In this document: positions 11,772 to 23,600 of the stretch, in pieces
Layout of the letters: every line of letters starts with the position of its first letter
Position numbering within the stretch: the stretch's first letter is position 1
NCBI GenBank assembly: GCA_023645945.1
Contig: JALAIB010000046.1
Span: forward strand, 1 to 41,641
Source of the DNA: Diploschistes diacapsis
Lineage: Eukaryota
DNA: 41,641 nucleotides
Direction: 5' to 3'
Program-made: the position numbers and the translations under genes
The notes under the pieces: generated by a model
What the model was told of the DNA's origin: nothing
Database searches by the model: none
What the model saw: only the letters and a program-made list of their open reading frames with translations

Positions 11772-12612
11772 CTACTTTCCTCCAGCAAGCGCATACTCAA
11801 CTGCCGCCCTAGCGACAATATCATGCACTTTCACCTCCTCCTCGTTCCTGGGCGCGTAAACCATAACAAAATTTGCTGGAAGAAGCTTTTTCAGTCCAAA
11901 CATGACCTGCCCACTGAGTGGATGCCTAATACCCCAGCCGCGGTCAAGAAGCAGCCTGGCATCAGCCGGCGAGAGGGTAGTATGGGCGCTGCCGTCGTAA
12001 TCATGGAAATGGTAGAGTTCAGCCTTATCCGGACCGTCAGAGCTGGAGGAGGCGATGGCGGAAGTCCGGATCCACAGGGCGTCACACCCACCACCCTCTT
12101 GCGCAGAGGGGGCTCGGAGGCAGGCGGAGGGGTAGGCGGAGACGGTGGATGCTATAAGGGAGTCGAGGGTCTGGGAGCGGTTAGCTGCTGTGTGTACAAG
12201 AATAGAATAAGGGGCTATGGCATGCCTTGACTTCTTTTCGCGCCGCGTGGCTACTAATCTGACGGACGGGAACGCACCACTTGGAAATGACAGGGGCGAT
12301 ACCGGCTCGGATGGGAAGTTCTTCTGAAAAGTAACTCCTAGATTTGATGGAATCGGTCATCATCTTGAGGTAGAGACTCGTACCAAGGCGGTCAGGGGAG
12401 CTCTGAGTGTCTGCTATTAGAGCCATCATGTAACCATATAAATTAGAAGGGACGCCGCCGGCTTCTATGTCGAGCCACGCTGCATAGTCTTTGGACACCC
12501 ATCGAGTTAAGAAGACTGTAAGAGCAGTTGCGCCTGCAGTGTAAGGATGGTCCGCCACGAAGCTTCGCAGGAGCTTGGTCTGATTCTCGAGGTTTTGCAA
12601 TAAGAGAGCCAT
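11772..12612 (-). CDS. Fungal luciferase-family (Luz-like) domain protein, 261 aa; exons 12612-12226 and 12170-11772 with a GC-AG intron
   Basis: Exon 1 has DYAAWLDIEAGGVPSN and LPIRAGIAPVISKWCVPVRQ. Exon 2 has ELYHFHDYDGSAHTTLSPADA, GWGIRHPLSG and FVMVYAPRNEEE. The 55-nt intron AAG|GCATGC...GCTAAC...CAG joins the exons in frame. Confidence 0.85.
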
Positions 12613-13340
12613 GGTAGATTCGTTCGTAAGTTTGGAGATATCAACGTTTTTGTAGGCTTGAAGGCAGATGTGAGAATGGGCACTTTTTCCAAATTATATC
12701 CAGAATCTTTGTATCTACTCGACGCTATCTACAAGCACCGCACAATGCAGCGTCGTATCTCGGCAGGCACTAACTAGAAAACCGACCCTTTCTGTTCTGG
12801 TGCTGATGATGCTAAGAGGTAAATTCTTGAAGGATAGAATGGCTTTAGAGGCCGGCTTTCATAGCGACCATGTCACCTGCAATCATTCTTTTCTAGAACG
12901 AAACCGAGTCATGTTGCACAGGCCTGGCTGGCTGGGAACGATGCCGTGATTCCCGGGTTACTACCGTTCGAACTATGTTCGGATGTTTTGCTCATGAAGC
13001 CCAATGAACTCGCAACATGAGTCGAGAGCTCGAGAATCTATATCAAGGACGACAAGCAAAGATTATAACACAGTAGATTCGAACAGTCCTTTACATAGCA
13101 ATGCACTACAGAGGTTAGTGATTCAAAAAAGCGTAGCACCTTGTAGAGAAGACCGAAAACCTCGGCTGGCGACGGCATAATCCGCTTACTCACGCATTCG
13201 GTAATGACGATTAAAACGGTCACCGTTATCCTGTACAACGTTCATCTCTATTCATTTCACGACAACCCAGGCATGCTTCAATCGGCTAGAAGATTTAAAA
13301 CCTCGCTTCAAATCGACAGTGTCGCTCTGAGCTAGGTGGA

Positions 13341-14540
13341 ATGCCACCTCGCTTCCAGAACGATGCTCCACCTTTGTCAAACACTAGAGCATTGTGGGAG
13401 ATGGAGGTGGAGCAAAGGGCGAGACATGAGCGCGCAAACAGGGAGGAGGATCGGACGAAACAGAAGAAGAACAAACAGAGCATCGATTATGCGATGAGAA
13501 CTGGCATAGCTGGGGGACTAGCCGGTTGCGCCGTAAGTAACTTCTAGCATGAGCACGGAAGAAGTGTCAGCTGCTAACTTGCCAAACAGGCCAAAACCCT
13601 CGTTGGCCCCCTCGACCGCGTCAAGATCCTCTTCCAGGCTTCAAATCCACAATTCGCAAAGTACAGTGGATCATGGACGGGCCTGATAGCTGCAATGCGG
13701 CAGATAAACCAGCAAGACGGTCTGCGCGGGCTCTTCCGTGGTCACTCCGCGACGCTGCTGCGCATCTTCCCCTACGCCGGCATCAAATTTCTTGCCTACG
13801 AGCAGTTTCGGGCTATCATCATCACGGACCCAGCACGAGAGACACCTCTGCGCCGTCTGCTGAGCGGCTCCTTGGCCGGCGTGACCTCCGTCTTCTTCAC
13901 CTACCCGCTCGAGATTATCCGAGTACGTCTCGCCTTCGAAACCCGAGGCGACACAAAAGCTAGCTTCAGCCGGATATGCGACCAGATATACCACGAGCGC
14001 CCACCAAAGCCCCACACTTCTGCCACCACAGCATCCTCGGCGCCCCTCGTAGCCGCTGCGACACAGACCCTCGAGAAAGCAACCCCCCGCTCCGGCCTTG
14101 CCAACTTCTACCGCGGCTTCTCGCCCACGGTCGTCGGCATGCTGCCGTACGCGGGTATGTCGTTTCTAACGCACGACACGGTGGGCGACTGGCTTCGTGG
14201 TCCCTCGCTCGCACCCTACACCACAATTCCGGAAAAGCAGCATTCTTCCTCACGTCCTCGCCTCAACAACCCTGCTCAACTCACGGCGGGCGCGTTGGCC
14301 GGCCTCGTCTCGCAGACAGCGTCCTACCCCCTCGAAGTGATCCGGCGGCGCATGCAAGTCAGCGGTGCAGCGGGAGACGGTAAGATGCTGAGTATGCGGG
14401 AGACGGCTGCGCGGATCTTGGCGGAGAGAGGCGTTGGCGGCTTTTTCGTTGGGCTGGGGATCGGGTATTTGAAGGTCATGCCCATGGTGGCCGTGAGCTT
14501 TTGGGTGTATGAGAGGGCGAAGGGGTGGCTTGGGATATAG
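13341..14540 (+). CDS. LEU5: Mitochondrial carrier, coenzyme A transporter; exons 13341-13532 and 13590-14540
   Basis: Three carrier repeats with Px[DE]xx[KR] signatures (PLDRVK, PLEIIRVR, PLEVIRRR). LEU5-typical segments GIAGGLAGCAAKT, ILFQASNPQFAKY and GHSATLLRIFPYAGIKFLAYEQ. Confidence 0.9.
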
Positions 14541-14819
14541 GCATTCTGCTGCATGGCGTTGGGGCGGGGGGGACCTTTGAGCTGTTTGTGACACATGGTA
14601 GAGAGAGCGATGCTGTTCGCTGCGACGGCGGCTGCATCAATTATTTTTCCAGAGCAATTTGTTTGCACCACGCGGACAGCAATCTACATAAACAGAGGCT
14701 CGAGTTTCTCTGATGTTGTATTTTTGGCTTGAAAACGTACTATGATGTTCCGCTATACAATTGGCGCAACTACAAAAGCTTGCAAATAGAGTGTGCTCTG
14801 ATAGAATCGACGAACGAGT

Positions 14820-15800
14820 ACCAAACCAGTCTCATTTCAAGTTTTACCTTTACTAGCAGCATATCTTCTCCGGTGGCAACAACGGCAACACGGCAACACC
14901 CGGTACTAAACGTTCATCGAGGCTAGCGCCAGGCTATTCAGCTGTCGCGAGAGAAAGCCACCAAGCCATCGGAGCTGTATCCAAGGAGAAGTTCCTACGA
15001 ACGATATGCGGTCCCAAGTAAATGCCGTTCTTTCTTTGCAGCGTCTGTTGTAGCTAGTGGAAGCTTTGCTGGATTCTTGATGTTGTCTATTTTCGTATGT
15101 CTTTAGAGACAGGTCCTGTCTTCCGAGTTCCAGCCTCTGCAGAAAGTGGCTGGATCGACCGTGCTGGACCATAATAGCCCCCCTGTTCAAAGGACCAGAG
15201 GCTGGAAACCAGCCCCGTCCGCCACACGAAGCCATGAGAACTCTTTGATCCTGGAATGCCATTGTCACCAGAACCAGAGATAGTGTCCCGTATTGAGGAA
15301 GCAGCTGAATCCCTTTCGGTCGATTGGCCAGTCCAACATCTTTACTGCGCTGCTGAACGAAGCGTTGCACAGGTAGAGGCAACTATACGCCAGAGTCATA
15401 TTTCATCCACACTCTGTCCGCATCGTATGCTAGTATATTTGGAGGATTTGGCGCTGCCAGTTGAGGAAAGCCGTGGAGCTGGATGCTGTCTGGGATAGCG
15501 AACAAATGGCGCAGACCAGTGGTCGACTTGAAATTTCACCTCCCTTGCCCTGCCTAACGCGAAGGTAGGCGGAATCTTTAGAAACAGTTTGTTGTATGTA
15601 AGTGTAGAAGGCTTCGTTCTCGAGCTTGAAACAGCTGCCTGATAAGAGTACTTCGTCGGCGCTGGAAGCTACCACGATAATTCTTCGACAGTTGTCCTTG
15701 TCGACGTGAGAGTCATTATCGCAGACAGCATGACGAGGAGAAACAAGACAGCAGGGCCTACTTTAGTGAATTTGGTACGAGGATTCCGACGTGAGAGAGA
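14820..15800 (-). pseudogene. Tyrosinase (type-3 copper protein) pseudogene, heavily decayed
   Basis: The - strand reads AFLNWQRQILQIY*HTMRTECG*NMTLAY, matching FLxWHRxxxxxYExxLRxECGYxGxxPYWDW. It is followed by AASSIRDTISGSGDNG (cf. SPIWDxxxGFGGNG) and a CVADG-like segment. Many stops and frameshifts; boundaries approximate. Confidence 0.55.
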
Positions 15801-16556
15801 CCGAAGTGGTAACTTGTTTGTTTTGAAGCGATCTCGCTTTTTGAGAGAAGGTGTTTGAGAGCACCCTAGATATCGATAGAAACAAGGTGTTAGACTCAAA
15901 GTCCGCCAAAGACAAATGACCAGGAGTTTCCGGTCAAAGGCGATTTCCGAAAGGGGTAAAAAGCAAAGGTATGGGAGAATAATAGAAGGTTGCTCAGCTG
16001 CTGCGCAAACCCGCGTGTAAGCTGAGGCTTCAGAGGCTCAAGGATCAGTAACTGGCTTGGTGGAACTCCGCAAAACGTCACAATCGAACACAGTCCCAAA
16101 CGACGCCGGGCCCTTTGAGCATGGCAAATCCAAATCCTTAAAGCGTTGATAGTATTAAGATTCAGCTGACACCGCTTTTGATTCAAGAGGCGCATCGCTG
16201 CGCTCATAGCTGTTGGCATAACCCTACGTCTCGAAGGGGGCAATCAGCCGCGGCCACAAAGTATCAGCCATGCGTTGTTTGATAGGGAATGATTCGACAC
16301 AAGACACGCCGCAGCAGCGATCACACTAATGATGTAAAAGGAATCGTTTGCCAGCTTAGCTAGAGAGGCCCTGAGCTTCGAGTCCGCCGTCAGTCTTGCA
16401 ACCGGAAGAGCCCGATTTGTGCATCTATAGTTCCGAGTCGAGAGCTTGTTTAAACTTACTAAAGGCATTTTGCCGCTATCCTGGGCGCGCAGCATTCGCC
16501 AGACCAGACCCGGTTGATGAAGTGACCTCGGCTGCGTGCTGCGTCGCTCTGTGAAG

Positions 16557-17815
16557 ATGTTGACGAATTGGATTTTGGAGCTTATCCAGGCCATTCAGAG
16601 CAGGACAGCAGAAGTTGATGCCTGCCCTCGCAAACACGATCCTCCACTTCCCTCTTTGAAGATGAACCTTAGACTTTGGTACCAAGTCGTTCGAGGCTGA
16701 AAACACCCGTATGGCTGCTATTGGAACAAATCCAGAGCTCCATGATCTGTTCATAGGACCCACAATGCACATACATCCTGTGGTGAGCTTTCGTGCGCGA
16801 GCCTCTGGGTATGCATTGTCTCGTGAGTGATAGCTTAACGGTATGCCACTGCAAACCATCTGGAAGTATGACACCCTAGCCAAAGATCTTGTCCACGGCG
16901 AACTGTCGTTTGAGGAGTTTGTGAAATTATGTAGTCTGCATGAGGTAAATGTTCGCCATCTTTTGAAATTTGCCATGGTTTATCACCGCTCATTCCAAGA
17001 GAAGAGGCCTAGCTTTGTCTCGCATTCGGCGGTGTCTTACAAGCTGGTGGATGACCCTTCAGGCTATGATGGGACTGGGGGTTATGTTCAATGAAGCCTA
17101 CCAGAGCTTTGTTCACGTTGAATCTTCCCACTTTTGCGTCATATACAATGTAAACCAAAGTTGGGGAACTTGGAGGCATTGGGCAAGTACAAGAACTGTG
17201 AATTTATAGGAAACCTAAGCTCTCCATTATCACGGCTTTCGCGGTCAATGTGCTGTAGGGTTGGAACATGGTAACACTCACGCTGAAATGGGAAGCGGTT
17301 CAGCGGAGCAATAATAGTCACATACTACCCGAACCACTCATCCAAGGGTAATTAAAGATGGCAAAGGTATAATACAGTAAATGATCTCGGATGATCAAGC
17401 GGCCATATAATTATGACTATCGTTAGAGCGGTTCCCCGCCTTCATTTCGTCGCGCAAGATTTATCTAGCCTAATAGACAATTTTTAACGATATGATATCA
17501 TTAGATGGTCTCACGGATTGGGATGAGTATTTGGCATCCGACTTTTATCAACCGACAGTTCGTCGGGGCGAGCGTCTGTTCTTTCGACAGATCTTCCACA
17601 GCTGGCCGGACCCATCCTGCGTGGAGATCCTCAAGGTGCTCATCCCGGCCCTGAAGACTGGAGCGAAGGTTGTTGTGAATGACCACCTAGCGCCTCCGCC
17701 CAACACGATACCCCTGCTATAAGAAAGAGCCATCCGGTAAGTGGCTAAGATCTCATTGCGATAAGATAGCTGCTGATAGTTTGAGCGATATGGATTTACT
17801 CATAATAACCTCAAG
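16557..17815 (+). pseudogene. SAM-dependent O-methyltransferase (fungal secondary-metabolism type) pseudogene
   Basis: N-terminus MLTNWILELIQAIQSRTAEVDA. Dimerisation region ELSFEEFVKLCSLHEVNVRHLLKFAMVYHRSFQEKRPSFVSHSAVS. Decayed SAM motif DLG*SSGH followed by PRLHFVAQDL. C-terminal FFRQIFHSWPDPSCVEILKVLIPALKTGAKVVVND. Multiple stops and frameshifts. Confidence 0.8.
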
Positions 17816-18147
17816 GACCAGCTCTGTTCATTGTGGAGGCAGGTTGGGTTGGTTAACGGAGAGAACAAGACACTTAGTTAGAACAAGACGTTTTATTATT
17901 TGAAACCAACAGCTGGGTTAGAGTGCGCCGAGGCAACTTTACTATTAGCATCTATAGCATCTAGCCGTTGGGAACGTGAGCCACGAACTGTGAAGCTCCT
18001 GTGCAGGGATCGGGCTCTCTCCATGTCAATATCCAATACCCGCTGCCGATACGAGTGATGTTAACCTTGTCCAGATAATCTACCAGACTTCACCAGTTAA
18101 TGGCTGATGTTCACTTTGTGGGGGCGCCATCTTATCAGCCAGTAGTC

Positions 18148-18153
18148 AAAAAA
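18148..18153 (-). terminator. RNA polymerase III terminator (T run) of the tRNA gene
   Basis: A run on the + strand, read as a T run on the - strand, directly after the discriminator base. Confidence 0.8.
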
Positions 18154-18256
18154 TGAGCCCGGTGGGGATTGAACCCACGACCTCCGCATGGCAGGTCATA
18201 CCAATACCTCAGCATTAATATAAGAGCGGCGCGCTAGACCGCTGCGCTACGGGCTC
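18154..18256 (-). tRNA. tRNA-Ile(UAU) with a 29-nt intron (18190-18218)
   Basis: Cloverleaf: acceptor GAGCCCG/CGGGCTC-A, D arm GCGC-AGCGGTCTA-GCGC, anticodon arm CCGCT-CT TAT A^A-TGCGG, T arm GTGGG-TTCAATC-CCCAC. Intron at the canonical 37/38 position. Confidence 0.9.
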
Positions 18257-19283
18257 TGTTTGAGCTCAAAATTTTGTGTTATTACAAATATATCGCTAAT
18301 GGGTGTGATAACCACTGGCTTAACTTTTCAAAGTCCTCCCTGACGGCTGATACAAGTCTAGAGAACATAAATCTTCGATGGTCTTTATTGTCTCAAAAAT
18401 TCTGCATCGGGGCTGCGGCTATGGGAGCCTCATGGAGCCCGATATCGAGAGACTACTGATTACCGATATGTCAGTTGACCACAACACCGAGAGAGAGTAT
18501 ACTAGCACTCATTACCAAAGAAGCTATCGTCTAGTCATGAGAGGCAACAACTCCATAACCTCTAGCCTTGATGCCGGGACTATTTAAACCTCTACCGCTA
18601 CGCGCAGCGGATAAACATCGCAGCGCCTTACTGTACGCTGGTTCCACTAACAGAGGTTCCCCTAGAACGCTGCTCAATCCCACGGTAAGTCTTTCTATTT
18701 ACCGGGGTATAAATGTAGGAGGAGTGCTACAGCGTCGATCTTTCTGTGCACTAGGGTCTGTTGGCTAGTGGTCCAAGGGCTTTTTGCGATAAAGGTTTGA
18801 TTGGTGTAGGAGGTGGAGACAATGGCCTCTGTCTTCCAAGACACTCGAGAAGGCAAAATGGGCATTCTAAGGAAACTCAATATGTAATTGTCAAAGTAGC
18901 AGGTGTACATTCAGCGGTAAAAAGAGATAGGAATCAAATTGGTTTTCCGCTTGGCATAATATCCCGAGATATTTCCTGTAGACAAAACCAGAAGATTAGA
19001 GCGGCTCAAACTAACCTGATATCCCTCTAGCATGCTGGGGCTTCCGAGGGTCTAAGACTGTCAATGATGCTGAGCCGTTGCAAGAGAAGAGGGGCAGACA
19101 TTTATGAAGAATCACTCCCTGGTAAATATCTCTCTATAGCAAATCCTGTAAAGATACTTTACCTACCTGATCGAGTACAGCGTTCGATTCAATCGAACAC
19201 GCTTGAGGGGTACCTCGCATTGTCACAGTTCAATTAATGCTAAAGCAAAGCGAATGCTCCAACTATAGCCTGTGCTCGCCACA

Positions 19284-20432
19284 ATGACCGGCCTTTCCGA
19301 GGCCATTGGTTTCGGACTCGCAGTCGCGGGTAGCATAGATTTAGCCCCAAAGTATGGGCAGCAGCTCTCGAAGCGGATATCGGAGTTGAAAAGAAGCACC
19401 GAGCTGACGCGCCATCTACGAGCGTTCGAAATAGAGCCCGAGAGGCGGTTGTTGGCGTCTCGCCTCGAGCGCGGCCGTGCCATCTGCAATGATCCCCATG
19501 CCGATCCTGCCATCAAGGAGGAACTGGATCGCACGTTCGTGGAGATGGGCAACTTGGTATATCAGATTGGTAAAGTCTCGTCGAGGAGTGGCTACTTCGC
19601 GGTAGAAACTTGGCCGTATACCGCACGGAACAGGGCTCACTTAGAAGGCGATATCAAATATCTCGCTCAACTTCTGATATTCCCAGGGGTTTGGTCTACC
19701 AAACGACGCTGCAGAGCTTGCTGGGAGAACCTGCGCTGTCGCTTGACGTTCGCATTGATGTATGCAACCAGCTTGCCGAGGCGGTGCTCCACATCCATCA
19801 GCTGAGATTGGTGCACAAGAACTTCAGTGCTGCAAACACCATCATTATGCAAAATCCTCTAACTCAGTCTGGTTCCAATGGCGCGGGGGTTGATTTCGGT
19901 GTATGTGACGAATTGGAGACTTGCCAGGATCGCCAGCGCAGCAACGAAGATGGCCGATGAAAACTCGTGGTGGAAGGGGATCTACTTGCATCCCAAGCGG
20001 CAGGTCCATCTAGGAAAAGACAAGTATAATATGGGTCATGATATCTATAGCCTGGGGGTCTGCATGTTCGAAGTCCTCCTCTCTCATCCCCTTGTACAAT
20101 TCACTACTGGCAACACAGGGATCTCATCGGAGTTCAAGAGGCGCGCTGATGCTTTGGGAGTTACGGACAGAAACCGTGCAATTGCGCTACAGGGAATATC
20201 GAAGCCAGAGATCTATACACTTGATAAATCAGCAGTACAGGATGTTTTGATAAGCTTAGCGACCACAGAGCTTCCCGTGGCCGTGGGTACGAGACTAACC
20301 GATCTCGTAGTGTCGTGCCTTTGTTGCCTTGAAGGGGGTTCGAGGGGATATCATTTGCGGGTAAATGATGTCGAGGTTGGCATGAGCTTTATTCATTTGA
20401 TCAAAACCACGTTGAGACAGGTGTCTTTGTAG
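19284..20432 (+). pseudogene. HeLo-like N-terminal domain plus kinase-like (pseudokinase) domain; frameshifted, probably with an internal deletion
   Basis: N-terminal helix MTGLSEAIGFGLAVAGSIDLAPKYGQQL. Kinase C-lobe in two further ORFs: LSLDVRIDVCNQLAEAVLHIHQLRLVHKNFSAANTI, then VYVTNWRLAR...IYLHPKRQ...YNMGHDIYSLGVCMFEV. HRD is replaced by HKN and DFG by NWR. No N-lobe is recognisable. Confidence 0.75.
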
Positions 20433-20699
20433 GGTATCTCTGCACAGTTGTCGCTGGTAAAATGGGCCGCTTCGATTCAATCTCACTAGCTTCTTACACC
20501 ATCTCAAATGCCGGTCCTTCCAGGCAAATGTATACTGGATACGCCGTTCAGAGTAATTATAGGCAGAAATTGCTCTTTACAACTTAGTGTTGAGTGCTGT
20601 TGATGGACATCTGGAGTTAATTCGGTATCGGAGAAGCGGCTTGGTTTTCTTAATCAATCTTCCCCATCGGCCAAGGTTCGGTCTCTCTGCTTTTCGCTT

Positions 20700-23600
20700 A
20701 ACGAGTGTTAGCGAAGCGTCCAAGTGCTCTTCCTGTCTCACCAGGTGACGCTTTTCCTGGATGTCTACGTTTGCTCAGCAAGCCAGGCCGCCAGTGCTTG
20801 ATGTCCGTTTGCTCTCGCGTATTGCTCTGGCGTAAAGCCTTCCTTATCAGTCGCCGGGCTGTCCGCTCCACCTGCAAGTAGTAATAGAATGATGTCTTTA
20901 CGATTGTGCGCTGCAGCCCGTTGTAAAGGTGTAGCATCCTCGCAGTCGCTGATATCGCACCGAACCTGGGGTTGATGAGCAACTGCACTATGGCTTTGTG
21001 GTCCATGTCGGCGGCAATGTGGATGGATGTGTATCCTTGATCGTTTTTTGTCGTGGTTAGGATCTCGTCGCTCAGAAGGACCTCACATATTGCGACTTGG
21101 TTAGCTGAAACGGCCCAATGTAGCGGCGTCGATGAGTCGGCGTCGTTAGAGATCAAGTCCATCCCAAGCTTTATACAAGCTTGCACAATCTCTTTCGAGC
21201 CTTTCAATACAAGCAATATAAAGGACAGTGACTCTCTAAGTATTTCCAAGAAGAAGACTGTCGTCCTCGGTTTCGAGTATGAGGTTCTTTGCTCGCTGAT
21301 GGTAACCAAGGATGAACGTAGCTATTACCGAGTTCCACACGCGATTGCCCTTCACCGTTAGCGGCTCACTGCTCTCTCCATCATGAATGAGTTTCCTGAA
21401 CGCGATCTATCATTTCGTGGATTTTTTCTTTTGTCGTCAGGAAATAAGAGTCGATAACCCTATCTAGCGATTTAATGATCGCTCGAAAGAGAAGCCTGCC
21501 TTCGGTTGCGGAGCTATGCAGGAATTTTAAAGCCCCAGCTTGGTAGCCAAGCTTGTCCAGCTGCATGCCAGCCTCTTCAAGAATGCTGAGACTGCACGGA
21601 CGATCGCCTGGGTTATCTTCGGTCATGCGGCGTGATAGCAGCTGATCGAATTGAGCATCTTTGAAATCATAATTCAAGTCGTTCATTGTTGCTTACAACG
21701 TGAGTCACGGCTGCTCATATGTGGCTCTAATGCTTACTCCGAGGCTGTAGATATCCTTTGATTGTTGCAGCTTCTCCCTCGTTGATTCCTAGGCTTGTCA
21801 ATCTCATTTATCCCCACGTGGAATCATCAAAGCTGACCGGCGCCCCGTTCCAACATGAGTAGTATGATACGCTTTCAGACGTTTCCAGGTCTTAGCTAGG
21901 CCTAAATCACAAAACTTTGCGACTCGAACCCCAGAATTGCATCCATTGAGGACGACTACACGGTTAGTAGATTCAGGCTGCTGTTGTACTCACCATTGGC
22001 AGGTTTGATATCTCGATGCAATATTGTGGTCCAGTTGTGCTTCAGGAAATAAGAGTTCTCTTCGTTCTTATCCAACCCATGGTGGCAGTATGTAAGATCT
22101 GAAGCGAGATCCCATAGCAGCTTCCATGTCTCGAACGCCTTTAGGTTATATGAATATCCAATGACTTGCAATATTCTACAAGATCTTCTCCGCAGCAGTA
22201 CTCAGTATAGATGATGCACGAAATCGCTTGCAATCTCTGGTTGTTCTTCATATTTAAGATATTGTACAGTGCTCTAGTTGAGATTTTGAGGAGCTCATAT
22301 TCCTGCACGAGCCGTTTTTGATGCTAGTCGATTACTCCTCTGTTACGTGCTAGCAAGGAAAACGTCATCTTAATGACGTCCTCATAGTTCTCCTATATCA
22401 ATCTGGTTAGCGAGAACATCTTCTGAAGAAGCGCTGAATCATTATCCGCTAATAGAAACAGTAGCTGTTTGGGGAGATACAGGTGCAATGTGAACTCAAT
22501 GATGTGAGGTTGCAATTATTTCTCCGTGGCAGCAGAGCCTTGCGGCTTGCATTGTGCTACTCTCTGAAGGAGATTTGAAATCAAACACCATGGTGTACGA
22601 AAGAAGGGAAGCCACAACAGCGACCAGATGAAGCTGAAAGAAAAGCGGTTGCTGTAAATAGAACGCTTGTGGCTGTGTCCCATAATATCAAAGGTAAAGC
22701 GGTCTCGTTCTGTATCCCTTGCGGGAGCGACTTGATCGGGTTAAAGAGTAACCTAAATGCTTCTGTGCTATCCTTTTGATGAAAAACACTAATGAATTGT
22801 GCTTGCACTCCCGGCCAAGATCCTCTGAAAGCTCCTCATCTCGCTCAACATTCTTCGGATCGATCTTCTCAATACTATCCAAAGCTATTTGGGCCTGGGT
22901 TTTTCGAGCGTCATTCATCACATCCAGTCTTGCATCTTTGTCAATCAAATATCTGGCTGCAGCTTGCCGGTGCCGTTCTCAGGCCAGGTGTAGTGGAGTT
23001 GACTGCTGAGAGTCAACGGCGATGATGTTAGCTCCTTTCTCCGCCAGCAAAATGACAGTATCGAGGTGACCATTCCAAGCCGCAACAGCAAGTGGAGTCC
23101 GGCCATAGCTGCCGTCTCGCATATCAAATTTAGCACCTTTTTCCAGAAGGATATTAAGGATACCGATATCTCCGTGGGCTGCTGCGCGGTGCAGAGCTGT
23201 GCGCCCCCATCCCCGCTTGGCATCGATGTGAGCACCACGGTCAATGAGTCTCTTGATGATGGCTTCATGCTTCTCGAACGTTGCCGCTTGTAATGCAATA
23301 TCGAAGGTGCCGCCCAGGATATTCAGATGAACTTTTGGATCCTTATGGTTCAAAAGGAATTCTACTATGGACTTGCGGCCTCCGTAAGGAGCTGCTTGTA
23401 ATGCTGTGCAATACTGCCCTGGCTGAGCGTTGATATTTGCACCCCAAGCCAGTAATAGCTGCACGACGTTAAGATGATCATTTAAAGCCACAGTCTGCAA
23501 GGGAGTCCCGTACAGTTCGCTTTCTGGATCGGAATCATCTGAGTACACAAGCAGTTCACGGCAGGCTTCAATCGAACCAAAGACAGCGACAATATGCAGA

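Noticed and set aside
4380..12612. Possible fungal bioluminescence cluster (Luz-like gene plus P450)
   Set aside because: No hispidin synthase PKS, hispidin-3-hydroxylase or caffeylpyruvate hydrolase is present. The synthetase here is an A-T-TE pseudogene.
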